IMG/VR virus record: IMGVR_UViG_3300037602_000023
Location: 1 to 35,702 of that record
DNA from: a virus
Lineage: Duplodnaviria > Caudoviricetes
Length of the DNA: 35,702 bases
Direction: 5' to 3' (one strand)
Shown: piece after piece, positions 1 to 8,074 of the stretch
Position numbering within the stretch: the first letter of the stretch is position 1
How the letters are laid out: every line of letters begins with the position of its first letter
Position numbers and translations under genes: made by a program
Notes under the pieces: model-generated
Seen by the model: the letters and a program-made list of their open reading frames with translations, nothing else
Told to the model about the DNA's origin: nothing
Database searches by the model: none

Positions 1-127
1 CCTAGCATTGCCATACACCCTAGCATCACCATACACCCTAGCATCACCAGACACCCTAGCATCACCATACACCTCAGCATCACCAGACACCCTAGCATCA
101 CCAGACACCCTAGCATCACCATACACC
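1..127. repeat. 127-bp terminal direct repeat (identical to 35576-35702), most likely the circular-assembly overlap
   Basis: Base-by-base identity of 1-127 with 35576-35702; 127 is a common assembler k-mer; removing it restores the reading frame of the repeat gene. Confidence 0.9.
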
Positions 128-268
128 ACAGCATTGCCATACACCTCAGCATTGCCAGACACCTCAGCATCACCAGACACCCTAGCATCACCATACACCT
201 CAGCATCACCAGACACCCTAGCATCACCAGACACCCTAGCATCACCAAACACCCAAGCATCACCAGAC
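1..268. repeat. 18-bp coding tandem repeat (about 27 units in total with 35353-35575)
   Basis: Unit of the type ccctagcatcaccataca with variants; encodes GDARVY/GDAEVS/GNAVVY. Confidence 0.9.
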
Positions 269-402
269 AGATTGCTTTCTTTTTCTACCCATCCGCCTTT
301 AGTCCCTTTCTTGCCCCACTTACAATCTACTGTAAGTTCAATGCGAAAAAGAGTTTTACCGCACAATTCTTTAGTTTCGTTTGTTAGTTTAAAGTGTTTC
401 AT
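1..402 (-). CDS. N-terminal part of hexapeptide-repeat (left-handed beta-helix, YdcK-like) phage protein; continues across the join to 35144 (~277 aa)
   Basis: ATG at 402 with AGGAG at 410-414; MKHFKLTNETKELCGKTLFRIELTVDCKWGKKGTKGGWVEKESNLSGDAWVFGDARVS..., then G[DN]A[REVW]V[YSF] repeats; not in the ORF track because it runs off the edge. Confidence 0.85.
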   Translation of the reverse strand, partial: MKHFKLTNETKELCGKTLFRIELTVDCKWGKKGTKGGWVEKESNLSGDAWVFGDARVSGDARVSGDAEVYGDARVSGDAEVSGNAEVYGNAVVYGDARVSGDARVSGDAEVYGDARVSGDARVYGDARVYGNAR

Positions 403-442
403 TGTTATTCTCCTTTGTAAAAAGTGGCGCACTAGTTTTGTT

Positions 443-700
443 TTACACCCTAACCATTTCTCTGATTTGTTCTTTAACGCTTGTTATAGCCTCTATATAT
501 TCATTTACAGACGTTATATCTTTACCCGCCACACTCTTGCGACAATATGCGTTTAAAGCACCCTCAATGGTCGAATAATATCCAAGCGGAACTTCATAGT
601 CCGCACCAATGTTATCGCCTTTTTCTGTTTGCCTTGTTTCAATTAAAGTGAATTGAACACCATCGTCTTTAATTGCGTATTTATCATCAATTTTAATCAT
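443..700 (-). CDS. DUF5405-like small phage protein
   Basis: IKIDDKYAIKDDGVQFTL...LGYYSTIEGAL resembles DUF5405 proteins of P2-like phages; AAGGA RBS. Confidence 0.55.
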   Translation of the reverse strand: MIKIDDKYAIKDDGVQFTLIETRQTEKGDNIGADYEVPLGYYSTIEGALNAYCRKSVAGKDITSVNEYIEAITSVKEQIREMVRV

Positions 701-721
701 TGTTTTTCCTTTCTAATTAAA

Positions 722-804
722 ACGGCTCTTACTGCTACCAAAACCACCGCGCCAATGTGGAAGTGTTCTACTTAATGTAGTCAGCAGAGCCTAAACAGGG
801 GCGC
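722..804 (-). promoter_or_regulatory. structured intergenic leader with alternative folds
   Basis: Minus strand: GGCUCU-GCUG...CAGU-A-AGAGCC closing stem with hairpins CUAC/GUAG and CCAC/GUGG; alternative GCGCC/GGCGC pairing. Confidence 0.45.
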
Positions 805-1251
805 TTAGTCCTGTTTTGTTAGTTTGTATTTGATACCATCAATTTCAACCACACGACCATCACAAGATTTTTTATCTTCTTCTGGATCAAATCCAAAAAC
901 CTCAATAAACACATCTCGGTCATAGTTTGGGAGAGCGAAAGTCTTTTTCCTGACCTCACTGTCAGCAGTATCCCACGCCTCCTTGTAGGCATCTTGTAAA
1001 CTAGCAAAAGCCTTTAAGTAACCACCTGTTGTAGCATAAGATGGGAAAGCATCTTTTTCTTTATCGCTCATATCTTCCTCAGTCACCCATTTAGTCAAAG
1101 AAACAAACATCCAGTTTGGTTTTTCAGCTCTATGCCAATCTTCTCTCTTAGCTGGTTTGTTGAAAATTAAACAATCGTCTGGTGTTATACTGTTACAGTA
1201 ACCTGTGTTCCAGTCACCTGTGTTCCTGTCACCTGTGTTTTCTCTAACCAT
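805..1251 (-). CDS. phage pentapeptide-repeat (NTGDW-type) protein
   Basis: NTGDR-NTGDW-NTGYC-N repeats followed by the typical IFNKP...TTGGYLK...LPNYD C-terminal domain. Confidence 0.75.
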   Translation of the reverse strand: MVRENTGDRNTGDWNTGYCNSITPDDCLIFNKPAKREDWHRAEKPNWMFVSLTKWVTEEDMSDKEKDAFPSYATTGGYLKAFASLQDAYKEAWDTADSEVRKKTFALPNYDRDVFIEVFGFDPEEDKKSCDGRVVEIDGIKYKLTKQD

Positions 1252-1275
1252 AGTCTTTCCTTTCGTTTGTTATTC

Positions 1276-1401
1276 TGGTGGGGGCGGCTCTATTAAAACT
1301 AGCATCCTAGAGCTTTTTGGTGTCAGCTTATTAATAGCCTTATCACACCTGCGGTTATTTCAGCGCTATTGAGGGCTTTCAACCTCTGGCAACGCGCCCC
1401 C
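1276..1401 (-). ncRNA. 126-nt tRNA-like cloverleaf RNA with 7-bp acceptor stem and 3' ACCA (candidate c4/CI-like antisense RNA)
   Basis: 5' GGGGGCG (1401-1395) pairs with CGCCCCC (1286-1280) followed by A-CCA; three internal stems CGUUG/UAGCG, GGUGU/ACACC, GCUCUA/UAGAGC; no canonical TpsiC loop. Confidence 0.65.
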
Positions 1402-1406
1402 ATATG

Positions 1407-1568
1407 TTAATTATAAGTTCTTCCGTTATACAGCCTGTCTAATCTTTCTTTATCCCAGCCATCGTTATACTTTTTCCAAGGCCTGTCTGCCAGACCTGGA
1501 TCGTCTTTCCTTAAGTAATTTGGCTGACTCTCACCAATCCATTTTCTTACGTATTCTTTCTTAGGCAT
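1407..1568 (-). CDS. hypothetical protein (53 aa)
   Basis: Manual translation MPKKEYVRKWIGESQPNY...; GGAG RBS; overlaps upstream ORF. Confidence 0.6.
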   Translation of the reverse strand: MPKKEYVRKWIGESQPNYLRKDDPGLADRPWKKYNDGWDKERLDRLYNGRTYN

Positions 1569-1723
1569 TTATCTAACTCCTGTCTTAGTTTACTTATCTC
1601 TTGCTCTAACCACTTTCGTGTATCATTCTCATTTGGATGCACATAGCTTATATCACCATTCTCCAAGATGGTCAGATGTCTTTCCTTGGCCCTTAGTTTA
1701 GCCTTTAGTTGTTCTGCGTCCAT
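1547..1723 (-). CDS. hypothetical protein (58 aa)
   Basis: Manual translation MDAEQLKAKLRAKERHL...; GAGGAG RBS. Confidence 0.65.
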   Translation of the reverse strand: MDAEQLKAKLRAKERHLTILENGDISYVHPNENDTRKWLEQEISKLRQELDKCLRKNT

Positions 1724-1727
1724 TGTT

Positions 1728-2315
1728 CTACTCCTCTGTTTCAGGTGGGGTTGGTGAATTGCCTTTTAAATGTCTGACTTTCGCTCTTTTTTCTAAGACA
1801 ATTTCATTTTTAATTATATTTAAAGCCTGTATTGCAAAGCGCTGTTCGGCTTTGGTCTCTCTGCCACCATTTTCATTAAACAACTTATTCGTGTATAGGT
1901 TTATTGCATCCTGTATAACGTCCAAGCTATCTTGCTTTGTCCACCCCTGACAGTGAGACATGAGCGTTGTGCGGATTGTCTTCAAAGCGTCCCAAACTTC
2001 TTTTTGTTTATCAGGCGTAACATGCCAACTTGTAAAACCGTGATAATGGAATAGCTTATCCAAAGCCTCCTGCACATCTTTTAAATCACTGCACGATTTT
2101 TGGAGCTGTGGGGGTGTGGCTCTGGTGTTCCAGTATTCATCTGCCGTTTCTTGTGTGAGACCTCTTGCAGAGGGAAGAACAAGGCAACCAACATTATCGC
2201 ACCCAGTTTCATAAATCTTTGCGCCATTGTCATTTATAACATTGGTCTGTCTTGTAGCTTTACCCCAACAAAACGGACACTCTTTCAAAACCGCATCATC
2301 TATTTCTTTAGTCAT
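1728..2315 (-). CDS. Lar-family restriction-alleviation domain protein
   Basis: N-terminal LKECPFCWGKA...GCDNVGC...A..WN.R zinc-ribbon signature. Confidence 0.7.
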   Translation of the reverse strand: MTKEIDDAVLKECPFCWGKATRQTNVINDNGAKIYETGCDNVGCLVLPSARGLTQETADEYWNTRATPPQLQKSCSDLKDVQEALDKLFHYHGFTSWHVTPDKQKEVWDALKTIRTTLMSHCQGWTKQDSLDVIQDAINLYTNKLFNENGGRETKAEQRFAIQALNIIKNEIVLEKRAKVRHLKGNSPTPPETEE

Positions 2316-2731
2316 TACTTCAACTCCATAAACTGGTCGTTATCAATAAAAGCATACTCACCCAAATCATTAACATCGCCCCTGTCTGACCTGCCGCCTG
2401 TCTTTGTTACATACTTTCGACATTCAGATGCCCACAACACACCATTGCTAAACTCAACAAAGTACATATAATGGCCTTCGTACAATGCCCTGGCTATGTC
2501 TTTGCCTCTCTTCACTTTATCAGCAGAGATAATCTGGCTTGGATATAACTCAGGCTCATTGTTCCTGTGTTTATACTCAATCACGTAAAGCTTGTTCTTA
2601 TACCGTGCAATAAAATCAACTGGGGAAAATTTTGGAAGACTAACTATCTCAGTGAAACCAAGATCAGTCAATCTCCCAAAGAAGTTTTTCTCCCTCGTCT
2701 TATCTACGATTGTCTCGTATGTTTTACTCAC
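2315..2731 (-). CDS. PD-(D/E)XK-fold putative nuclease
   Basis: E...PVDF...VIEYK motif arrangement. Confidence 0.6.
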   Translation of the reverse strand: MSKTYETIVDKTREKNFFGRLTDLGFTEIVSLPKFSPVDFIARYKNKLYVIEYKHRNNEPELYPSQIISADKVKRGKDIARALYEGHYMYFVEFSNGVLWASECRKYVTKTGGRSDRGDVNDLGEYAFIDNDQFMELK

Positions 2732-2921
2732 TAATACTTACCTTTTTTAACTCTTTACTTTCCAAATACTTATCCAAATCAGCTTTATCATAGAAGACTT
2801 TGTGTCCCTCTTTATAAAAGGGAAGCTTAACTTTTTCGTAACGCCAGTTATCTAATGTTGATTTTGATAGTGATAGATACTCACACGCTTCATTAACACT
2901 TAATAAAACTTTATCCTTCAT
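2724..2921 (-). CDS. excisionase-like helix-turn-helix DNA-binding protein (HTH_17)
   Basis: LLSVNEACEYLSLSKSTLDNWR...KVFYDKADLDKYL; start set at ATG 2921 (GAGG RBS). Confidence 0.85.
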   Translation of the reverse strand: MKDKVLLSVNEACEYLSLSKSTLDNWRYEKVKLPFYKEGHKVFYDKADLDKYLESKELKKVSISE

Positions 2922-3081
2922 AGGCACCTCTTGGGTTATGAGCTTCAACAAACTCTTTTGCTTTACTCAAGACATATGAAGCGCTTTCGTTAATCTCAGG
3001 CTCTAACTCGATGCCAATACGAACGCTTTCGTAATTGCCAATGTTAAACACTTTCTCATACTTAATTACTTTTGCTTTCAT
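2911..3081 (-). CDS. hypothetical phage protein (56 aa)
   Basis: Manual translation MKAKVIKYEKVFNIGNYESVRIGIELE...; fills the gap between coupled genes. Confidence 0.65.
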   Translation of the reverse strand: MKAKVIKYEKVFNIGNYESVRIGIELEPEINESASYVLSKAKEFVEAHNPRGAYEG

Positions 3082-3280
3082 TTATTAACCTTAATAATTT
3101 ATTAACTTTTTCCTCATCAGGAACCTCTTGAAATAACTTATAGCAAGCTGAGCAAAGGCACGCAAGGGAAAAATTAGGAAGATAAGGGTATTTGAAGAAA
3201 AAAGATGCGTTTTTTTGACATCTGTGGCATTTATGCAACACAGGTTTTCGTTTTGTAAAATTAAAACCCTTTAAGTTCAT
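3062..3280 (-). CDS. small Cys-rich (zinc-finger-like) hypothetical protein
   Basis: CHRC...LCSAC; overlaps both neighbours. Confidence 0.55.
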   Translation of the reverse strand: MNLKGFNFTKRKPVLHKCHRCQKNASFFFKYPYLPNFSLACLCSACYKLFQEVPDEEKVNKLLRLINESKSN

Positions 3281-4091
3281 TTGGTATTAACCATCCTGGG
3301 GCTTTCAAATCTACAATCCTGTCATTATTAAAAGAAGGCCATACATCTCGGACCTTACACTCTTTGAAGTAGGCTATGTTCTTATCAACTTCGGATTGAG
3401 CTATGTTGTAATACATATCGTTTAGGTTATATACACCCACATTATATGGTCGTTCCTTTTCAACAGTAACAAATGTAAAATACTCTGGCCATTGACCATA
3501 GACTTCAAAGTAAGCATAAGAATATAAGTAGGCCTGAACGTGATACCGATAATTAGCCACTGATTTATTAAAGCCACTTTCCGAAGCAGACTTGGTTGTC
3601 TTTAAGTCTAAGATACCTTTATCAGTAATGCCATCCAACCTAGAGCGCATAGGAACGCCGTCATACTCAAAGAATATCGAAGATTCCACATGCTTTAACT
3701 TATCTAAAGAGTGTTTGGCGCAAGGATTGTTTAGCACAGACTCAGCCATACCTTTTACATTAACGAGGTCTGCCTCTGTTATGATAATCTTACCTTCGTT
3801 TTCTTGCTTAAACTCAGCCCACTCTTCTTTACCTGCTTTTGTTCTTTTGTTCACCTCTGGGCATACTGCCACCTCTAAGTCAAATAAGTGAGGCTCTAAC
3901 ACAGCTTTGTGTACAGCTGACCCAATGGCAAAATAATCCTTGTATTCTCTTTCAGGCTTATCAGGGTTAATGTAGTTATCCCAATAGTTTTTTGGGGCTA
4001 TAGCAAACTTATCTAAGGCTGACTTAGATAGCTCTTTAGACGAATGATATTCCTCTTCTGGCATGTCATGAATAATTCTAGCTTTAGTCAT
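3261..4091 (-). CDS. RecE/exonuclease VIII-like PD-(D/E)XK exonuclease (DUF3799)
   Basis: YH...SKS.L, GSAVHKAVLEP, RSRLDG, ILDLKTT, YHVQAYLY motifs. Confidence 0.9.
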   Translation of the reverse strand: MTKARIIHDMPEEEYHSSKELSKSALDKFAIAPKNYWDNYINPDKPEREYKDYFAIGSAVHKAVLEPHLFDLEVAVCPEVNKRTKAGKEEWAEFKQENEGKIIITEADLVNVKGMAESVLNNPCAKHSLDKLKHVESSIFFEYDGVPMRSRLDGITDKGILDLKTTKSASESGFNKSVANYRYHVQAYLYSYAYFEVYGQWPEYFTFVTVEKERPYNVGVYNLNDMYYNIAQSEVDKNIAYFKECKVRDVWPSFNNDRIVDLKAPGWLIPNELKGF

Positions 4092-4267
4092 AGTTTGTAC
4101 CTCGTGCCTATATATTGTTTAACTTCCTGTGGTATTGGCCAATTAAAGTGGATGGCCATCTGCCTAATCCTTAGAATGTACAGCATTGTGTTTACTTGTG
4201 CTTCTGTTGCCTTAGCAGCTTTGACACGCTTGTGTAACTCCGACCTTAGATCAATTACATTATCCAT
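4088..4267 (-). CDS. hypothetical protein (59 aa)
   Basis: Manual translation MDNVIDLRSELHKRVK...; ATGA overlap with the exonuclease start. Confidence 0.6.
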   Translation of the reverse strand: MDNVIDLRSELHKRVKAAKATEAQVNTMLYILRIRQMAIHFNWPIPQEVKQYIGTRYKL

Positions 4268-4699
4268 TTAATCAAACATATCCTGTTGAACATCGTTTAT
4301 TTTCTTCCACAAAGCCACTAACTCATTATGCCAGTCATAACATTGCTTGGCAATCGACCTAATCTCTTGCACGTAATACTCGTCCTCACCAAGCAAGTCT
4401 AAAGCAACCCATTCTAAGTCGTCACTTTCAAGAAACCTTCTGCCTCTCATTCTATCTGCATAACACCTGTCTGTGTATGGTTTACCTTCTAGAACAGCAG
4501 CCTTAAACTTTTTGTATTGATCCTCAAGTGGTGGGCGATTATCAAAGTCTACTGAGAACGGAAAGATGAAGTCTTGTAGGTGCAAGTATATTTTTGCATA
4601 CCACATTGTGGCTTCTGGACATTTCTTAGGGTCTGTTAAGTCATCAGTATCTCCGTAGAGCCCGACACTAAACTTATTTCTCTTATAGTTTGTTGTCAC
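4268..4699 (-). CDS. hypothetical phage protein with C-terminal QQDMF (possible beta-clamp-binding motif)
   Basis: ORF track; GTG start with AGGGGA RBS. Confidence 0.65.
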   Translation of the reverse strand: MTTNYKRNKFSVGLYGDTDDLTDPKKCPEATMWYAKIYLHLQDFIFPFSVDFDNRPPLEDQYKKFKAAVLEGKPYTDRCYADRMRGRRFLESDDLEWVALDLLGEDEYYVQEIRSIAKQCYDWHNELVALWKKINDVQQDMFD

Positions 4700-4747
4700 T
4701 GAATTAATCCCCTGTTTTTTATTTAATATCAGTGTAAACTAATAAAC

Positions 4748-5248
4748 ATGACAGACAATAGAAAAAACGTTTTATCCCTAGACATATCTTTTGAAACTGG
4801 TTTTGCCATTTACAATAACAAAGGACCAATGTCTCCCAAGACCGTCATTAAAACAGGTGTTATAAACTTACGTAAGTATAATTATGACTATGGTATATTG
4901 GCATATCATTTTTCTAACGCCATCTCCGACTTAATTACCGAGAACGACATTGGATGTATTGGCATAGAAAAGCCATTCATGAGGGGGAAGTCCACATATC
5001 CCTTATTTGGCTTGGCCTGGCAAGCACATATGTTGGGGGCTATACATGAGGTTCAAAGGTTTGAATTTACTGTAAGAGAAGTAAAGAAGTTTTGGAGTGG
5101 TAAGCATAACGCCACCAAAGAGGAAATGATTGACGCGGCTGTTTTACAAGGCTATACTGTTAAGACAGATCACGAGGCCGATGCTTTGGCTGTTCTTGGT
5201 CTGACAATAAATGAGTTACAGAAAGGTAAGACAGATGATGAACAATAA
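4748..5248 (+). CDS. RuvC-like Holliday junction resolvase
   Basis: VLSLDISFETGFA, IGIEKP, VKK..SGK.NATKEEM, DHEADALAVL motifs. Confidence 0.85.
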   Translation: MTDNRKNVLSLDISFETGFAIYNNKGPMSPKTVIKTGVINLRKYNYDYGILAYHFSNAISDLITENDIGCIGIEKPFMRGKSTYPLFGLAWQAHMLGAIHEVQRFEFTVREVKKFWSGKHNATKEEMIDAAVLQGYTVKTDHEADALAVLGLTINELQKGKTDDEQ

Positions 5249-5612
5249 CTCAAATCAATCTAACCAAAGCTTTGAAAAAAACCCTAATGGTGGCTATCTA
5301 AACCCATCAAACTATGGGCAAGACTCTTGGTATGGCGCCGTTACTATCACGCCAGAGCTACTACAGCAAATCCAAGCGACAGGGAAAGTGTTGATTGAAG
5401 TAAAAGACGAACAGACTTCAACTTATGGGCCTTGCAGACGTATTGTTGCTAAAACATATACACCTAAAGCGCCTTCTCAACCTAACCAACAAGGTCAAGC
5501 TAGACAGGGTAACGGTTTTGCTATGGCTCAACAAGCACAAGCACCAGTGAGACAACCTACTCAACAAGGTCAGGCTCCACAAAACTTTACGAATGACAGT
5601 ATTCCTTTTTAA
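5235..5612 (+). CDS. putative single-stranded DNA-binding protein
   Basis: Small beta-rich core, Q/P-rich linker and acidic-aromatic C-terminus NDSIPF like the SSB tail DDIPF; AAGG RBS before ATG 5235. Confidence 0.65.
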   Translation: MMNNNSNQSNQSFEKNPNGGYLNPSNYGQDSWYGAVTITPELLQQIQATGKVLIEVKDEQTSTYGPCRRIVAKTYTPKAPSQPNQQGQARQGNGFAMAQQAQAPVRQPTQQGQAPQNFTNDSIPF

Positions 5613-5638
5613 AAACATAAGGGGTTAGTGTTAGTGTT

Positions 5639-5672
5639 AAACCACCTAAGTTATTCTTAGGTGGTTTTTTTT
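5639..5672 (+). terminator. intrinsic terminator between convergent SSB and primase genes
   Basis: AAACCACCTAAG-ttatt-CTTAGGTGGTTT followed by a T-tract. Confidence 0.85.
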
Positions 5673-5674
5673 AT

Positions 5675-7546
5675 TTACATCCATATAACCCCCTTATACT
5701 CAAATATCTTTGACTTAGCCATAAGGCCCTGTTTGGTTCTGTTAAACTCAGCTTTAGTGTTATCTGATGTCAACACACCATTATCTTCACAGTACTTAAA
5801 GAAGTCTACATCTTTGATACACCAAACCTCATCAACACCAGACTTGGGGCTTGTCTTGAACGAATAACCAGACAACAGCCCTTCAACTAAAGCATCAAAC
5901 ATTAGCTTTTGCTTAGGGCTTAAGTGTATCTTTGCTTCTGCCACTTCATCAGCATCAGCCAATTCAACAACACAAGAGGTTATCTCATCCCCTTCCACGT
6001 CATGCCCCAACACAACTGGCTCCAACTTAAAGTTAATTGGCTTGCCTGGTTCCATATCCTTTTGCTTAGTAGCTGTCACAGTCCTAATTCCACCCTCACT
6101 CTCGATAGACAGTTCAGTATCAACCGCCCCTAACAAAGCATTAGACCCACGTGCGCCCCTAGACTTATCCTTACCACTGTGGTGAACCAAACACACATGT
6201 GAGCCTTTAAACACATCCTTAACCTTCTCTACGTTGTTTGCCAACATAGACATGTCTTCTGCGGCGTTCTCATTGCCTGGCGTCATAACACGCGCCAATG
6301 TATCAATGATAATCAAACCAGGTGCAACCTCAGCATCTTCTGCCACCTTCCTAATCAACTCAGACAAAGCCTCCACCCCAGCATCGTCAAACAATGTAAA
6401 TGATGATGAACATACATAGAATGGCACATTAGAATCAGCTAAACCATATCTCTCAGAAAAAGCTAACAACCGTTGCCTTACACCACGTGCGCCCTCTAAT
6501 GGACAATATATGACTGGCGCTTGCTTAACCTTACAAACACCGTGATAATCCCTCCCCAAAGCCACATGCATAGCCATATCTAACACAAAGAACGATTTAC
6601 CAGAACCCGGAGGACCAAACACAACAGAAACATTGTCTTGGTCAATCCATCCCTTCATTAAGTAAGAGGATGAAACATCTAACTCTAACTCATTAAACTT
6701 AACATAAGATAAAGACTTAGGCTTTTCATTTTCCTCAGTTAAACCACTTAAGACATCTTTTCTTTCACCCAAGACATACTTTACTTTGGCACGGATAAAC
6801 TCAAGACCACGCCCTGCTTTAGTCAACTCTTCCTTAGACATAGCCACAACTTCGGCATAGCGTGACCACACCTCATCAACAATCAACAACTCATGTTCTA
6901 ATGGCCAATGCCCTAATGCTCTCTCATGTTCCTTAATGACAGCTAACACCAAGTTACGCGCATACTCATCTTTACCATCAATAATCTTACCTTCACCATC
7001 ACGAACAACACCAGCACTGTCTAAACCATTGGACTCAACCTTAGATGACTTTAGCTTGTCTACACACCACCTAGGCAAACTAGGCAACTCCACATCGTCT
7101 AAAGAACGACCATCAGCAAAGTCATAAGCAATAACATAACCACCATCCCCACGCGTATCGATGTCTTGGCCCAACTCATTCTGACCAATACTTAAACCAA
7201 CATCATCATACTTAAAGTATAAATGATACCCCCCCGACTTTGTTACAGTCAGAGGGGTACGTGGGAACAAGTCTGGTCCACCATTAAGGTCAACCAACTT
7301 ACGGAAGCTCTCTTCACCAACCTTACCATCCTTTACATCTATGTCTATCACAAACAAATCATTGGCAGGTCCACAAACTAAACCAGCATAAGCAGGGTCC
7401 AATGTCTCTCCCCAAGAAACTAACTGAGACACATCATTCGTGGCCATACTCTTCCACTTAACCAATGGCCGCTTTAACTCATCACAAGGGAATATCTTAT
7501 ACCCTCTCTCACCAGCCAATAACTTTACTGCATCACTATATAACAT
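5675..7546 (-). CDS. bifunctional primase/polymerase (Prim-Pol) fused to AAA_25/RepA-like helicase
   Basis: IFPC...KRP, VIDIDVK, TKSGGYHLYF, IDTRGDGGYV; Walker A GPPGSGKS, Walker B IIIDT, VHHSGKD...RGSNAL. Confidence 0.92.
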   Translation of the reverse strand: MLYSDAVKLLAGERGYKIFPCDELKRPLVKWKSMATNDVSQLVSWGETLDPAYAGLVCGPANDLFVIDIDVKDGKVGEESFRKLVDLNGGPDLFPRTPLTVTKSGGYHLYFKYDDVGLSIGQNELGQDIDTRGDGGYVIAYDFADGRSLDDVELPSLPRWCVDKLKSSKVESNGLDSAGVVRDGEGKIIDGKDEYARNLVLAVIKEHERALGHWPLEHELLIVDEVWSRYAEVVAMSKEELTKAGRGLEFIRAKVKYVLGERKDVLSGLTEENEKPKSLSYVKFNELELDVSSSYLMKGWIDQDNVSVVFGPPGSGKSFFVLDMAMHVALGRDYHGVCKVKQAPVIYCPLEGARGVRQRLLAFSERYGLADSNVPFYVCSSSFTLFDDAGVEALSELIRKVAEDAEVAPGLIIIDTLARVMTPGNENAAEDMSMLANNVEKVKDVFKGSHVCLVHHSGKDKSRGARGSNALLGAVDTELSIESEGGIRTVTATKQKDMEPGKPINFKLEPVVLGHDVEGDEITSCVVELADADEVAEAKIHLSPKQKLMFDALVEGLLSGYSFKTSPKSGVDEVWCIKDVDFFKYCEDNGVLTSDNTKAEFNRTKQGLMAKSKIFEYKGVIWM

Positions 7547-7581
7547 TGATTAACTCCTGCTTGTTCCCATATTCCACTTTC

Positions 7582-7610
7582 ATACTCTTACATACAAAAA
7601 ACACAGTCAA
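7582..7610 (-). promoter_or_regulatory. candidate sigma70 promoter for the primase-helicase
   Basis: TTGACT-N17-GAGTAT upstream of the AGGAG RBS. Confidence 0.45.
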
Positions 7611-7639
7611 TAACATTTTCTAAAACAAATTAATTAAAG

Positions 7640-7648
7640 TTATCCACA
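7640..7648 (+). promoter_or_regulatory. consensus DnaA box
   Basis: TTATCCACA next to an AT-rich tract (7611-7640). Confidence 0.45.
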
Positions 7649-7700
7649 TAAAAGAATTCAGGTATTCCAATGGGTTAGGTGGGATTGGACATAAGTTGGG

Positions 7701-7729
7701 TTTACAAGTGTAAAAAAAAAATGTAAAAC
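7701..7729 (+). promoter_or_regulatory. candidate sigma70 promoter for the structured non-coding element
   Basis: TTTACA-N17-TAAAAC; predicted +1 near 7736. Confidence 0.5.
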
Positions 7730-7735
7730 GTATAT

Positions 7736-8074
7736 ACCCCCTTAAGTTAGACACAGGTCTTGGGCGCTTCTAACGGTGACCCTACAGAAGTCTAACGTAC
7801 ATCAAATGTCTACTGTAAAACAAAGGATAACTTTGAATGGGTTACGATTTCCCAAATCGTGTTCTGTTCAAAGTTAGACTTTCCTAAGTTTAACTTATCT
7901 ACTTAACACCGTCCTTAAGTATGTCATAAGAAGACGGACTTAAGATATTCTCATTTCACTAAAGTTTTTATTTTAAGGACATTCCTTTTTTTAGGAAAAA
8001 AACGATTCCTTAAAATATTTACTTATGTTAAAGAAATGAGAATATAAGGAAAAACAGGCATTTCCTAAGGGGGG
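7736..8074 (+). ncRNA. ~340-nt highly structured non-coding element (candidate ncRNA and/or replication origin)
   Basis: No substantial ORF; closing stem CCCCCUUA/UAAGGGGG; hairpins 7746-7796, 7828-7876, 7909-7937, 7945-8045 (13-bp and 11-bp perfect stems), 8047-8066. Confidence 0.6.

Noticed and set aside
1-127. Biological direct terminal repeat of a T7-like genome
   Set aside because: Length equals a common assembler k-mer, it lies mid-gene in a tandem repeat, and the likelier terminus is near TerS
8-556. + strand repeat ORF (ASPDTL) and the alternative-frame MVMLGC ORF at 35332-35697
   Set aside because: Shadow frames of the 18-bp repeat; the frame with RBS and recognisable flanking domains is GDARVY
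762-790. Hammerhead ribozyme (CUGCUGA-stem-GAAC on the minus strand)
   Set aside because: Core deviates from CUGANGA/GAAA and no convincing stems I and III
1276-1401. tmRNA or canonical tRNA
   Set aside because: No G3:U70 pair, no TpsiC loop, no tag ORF, wrong length
7940-7952. Group I intron S-element-like TAAGATAT
   Set aside because: No matching P7 partner or interrupted gene; these bases belong to another stem
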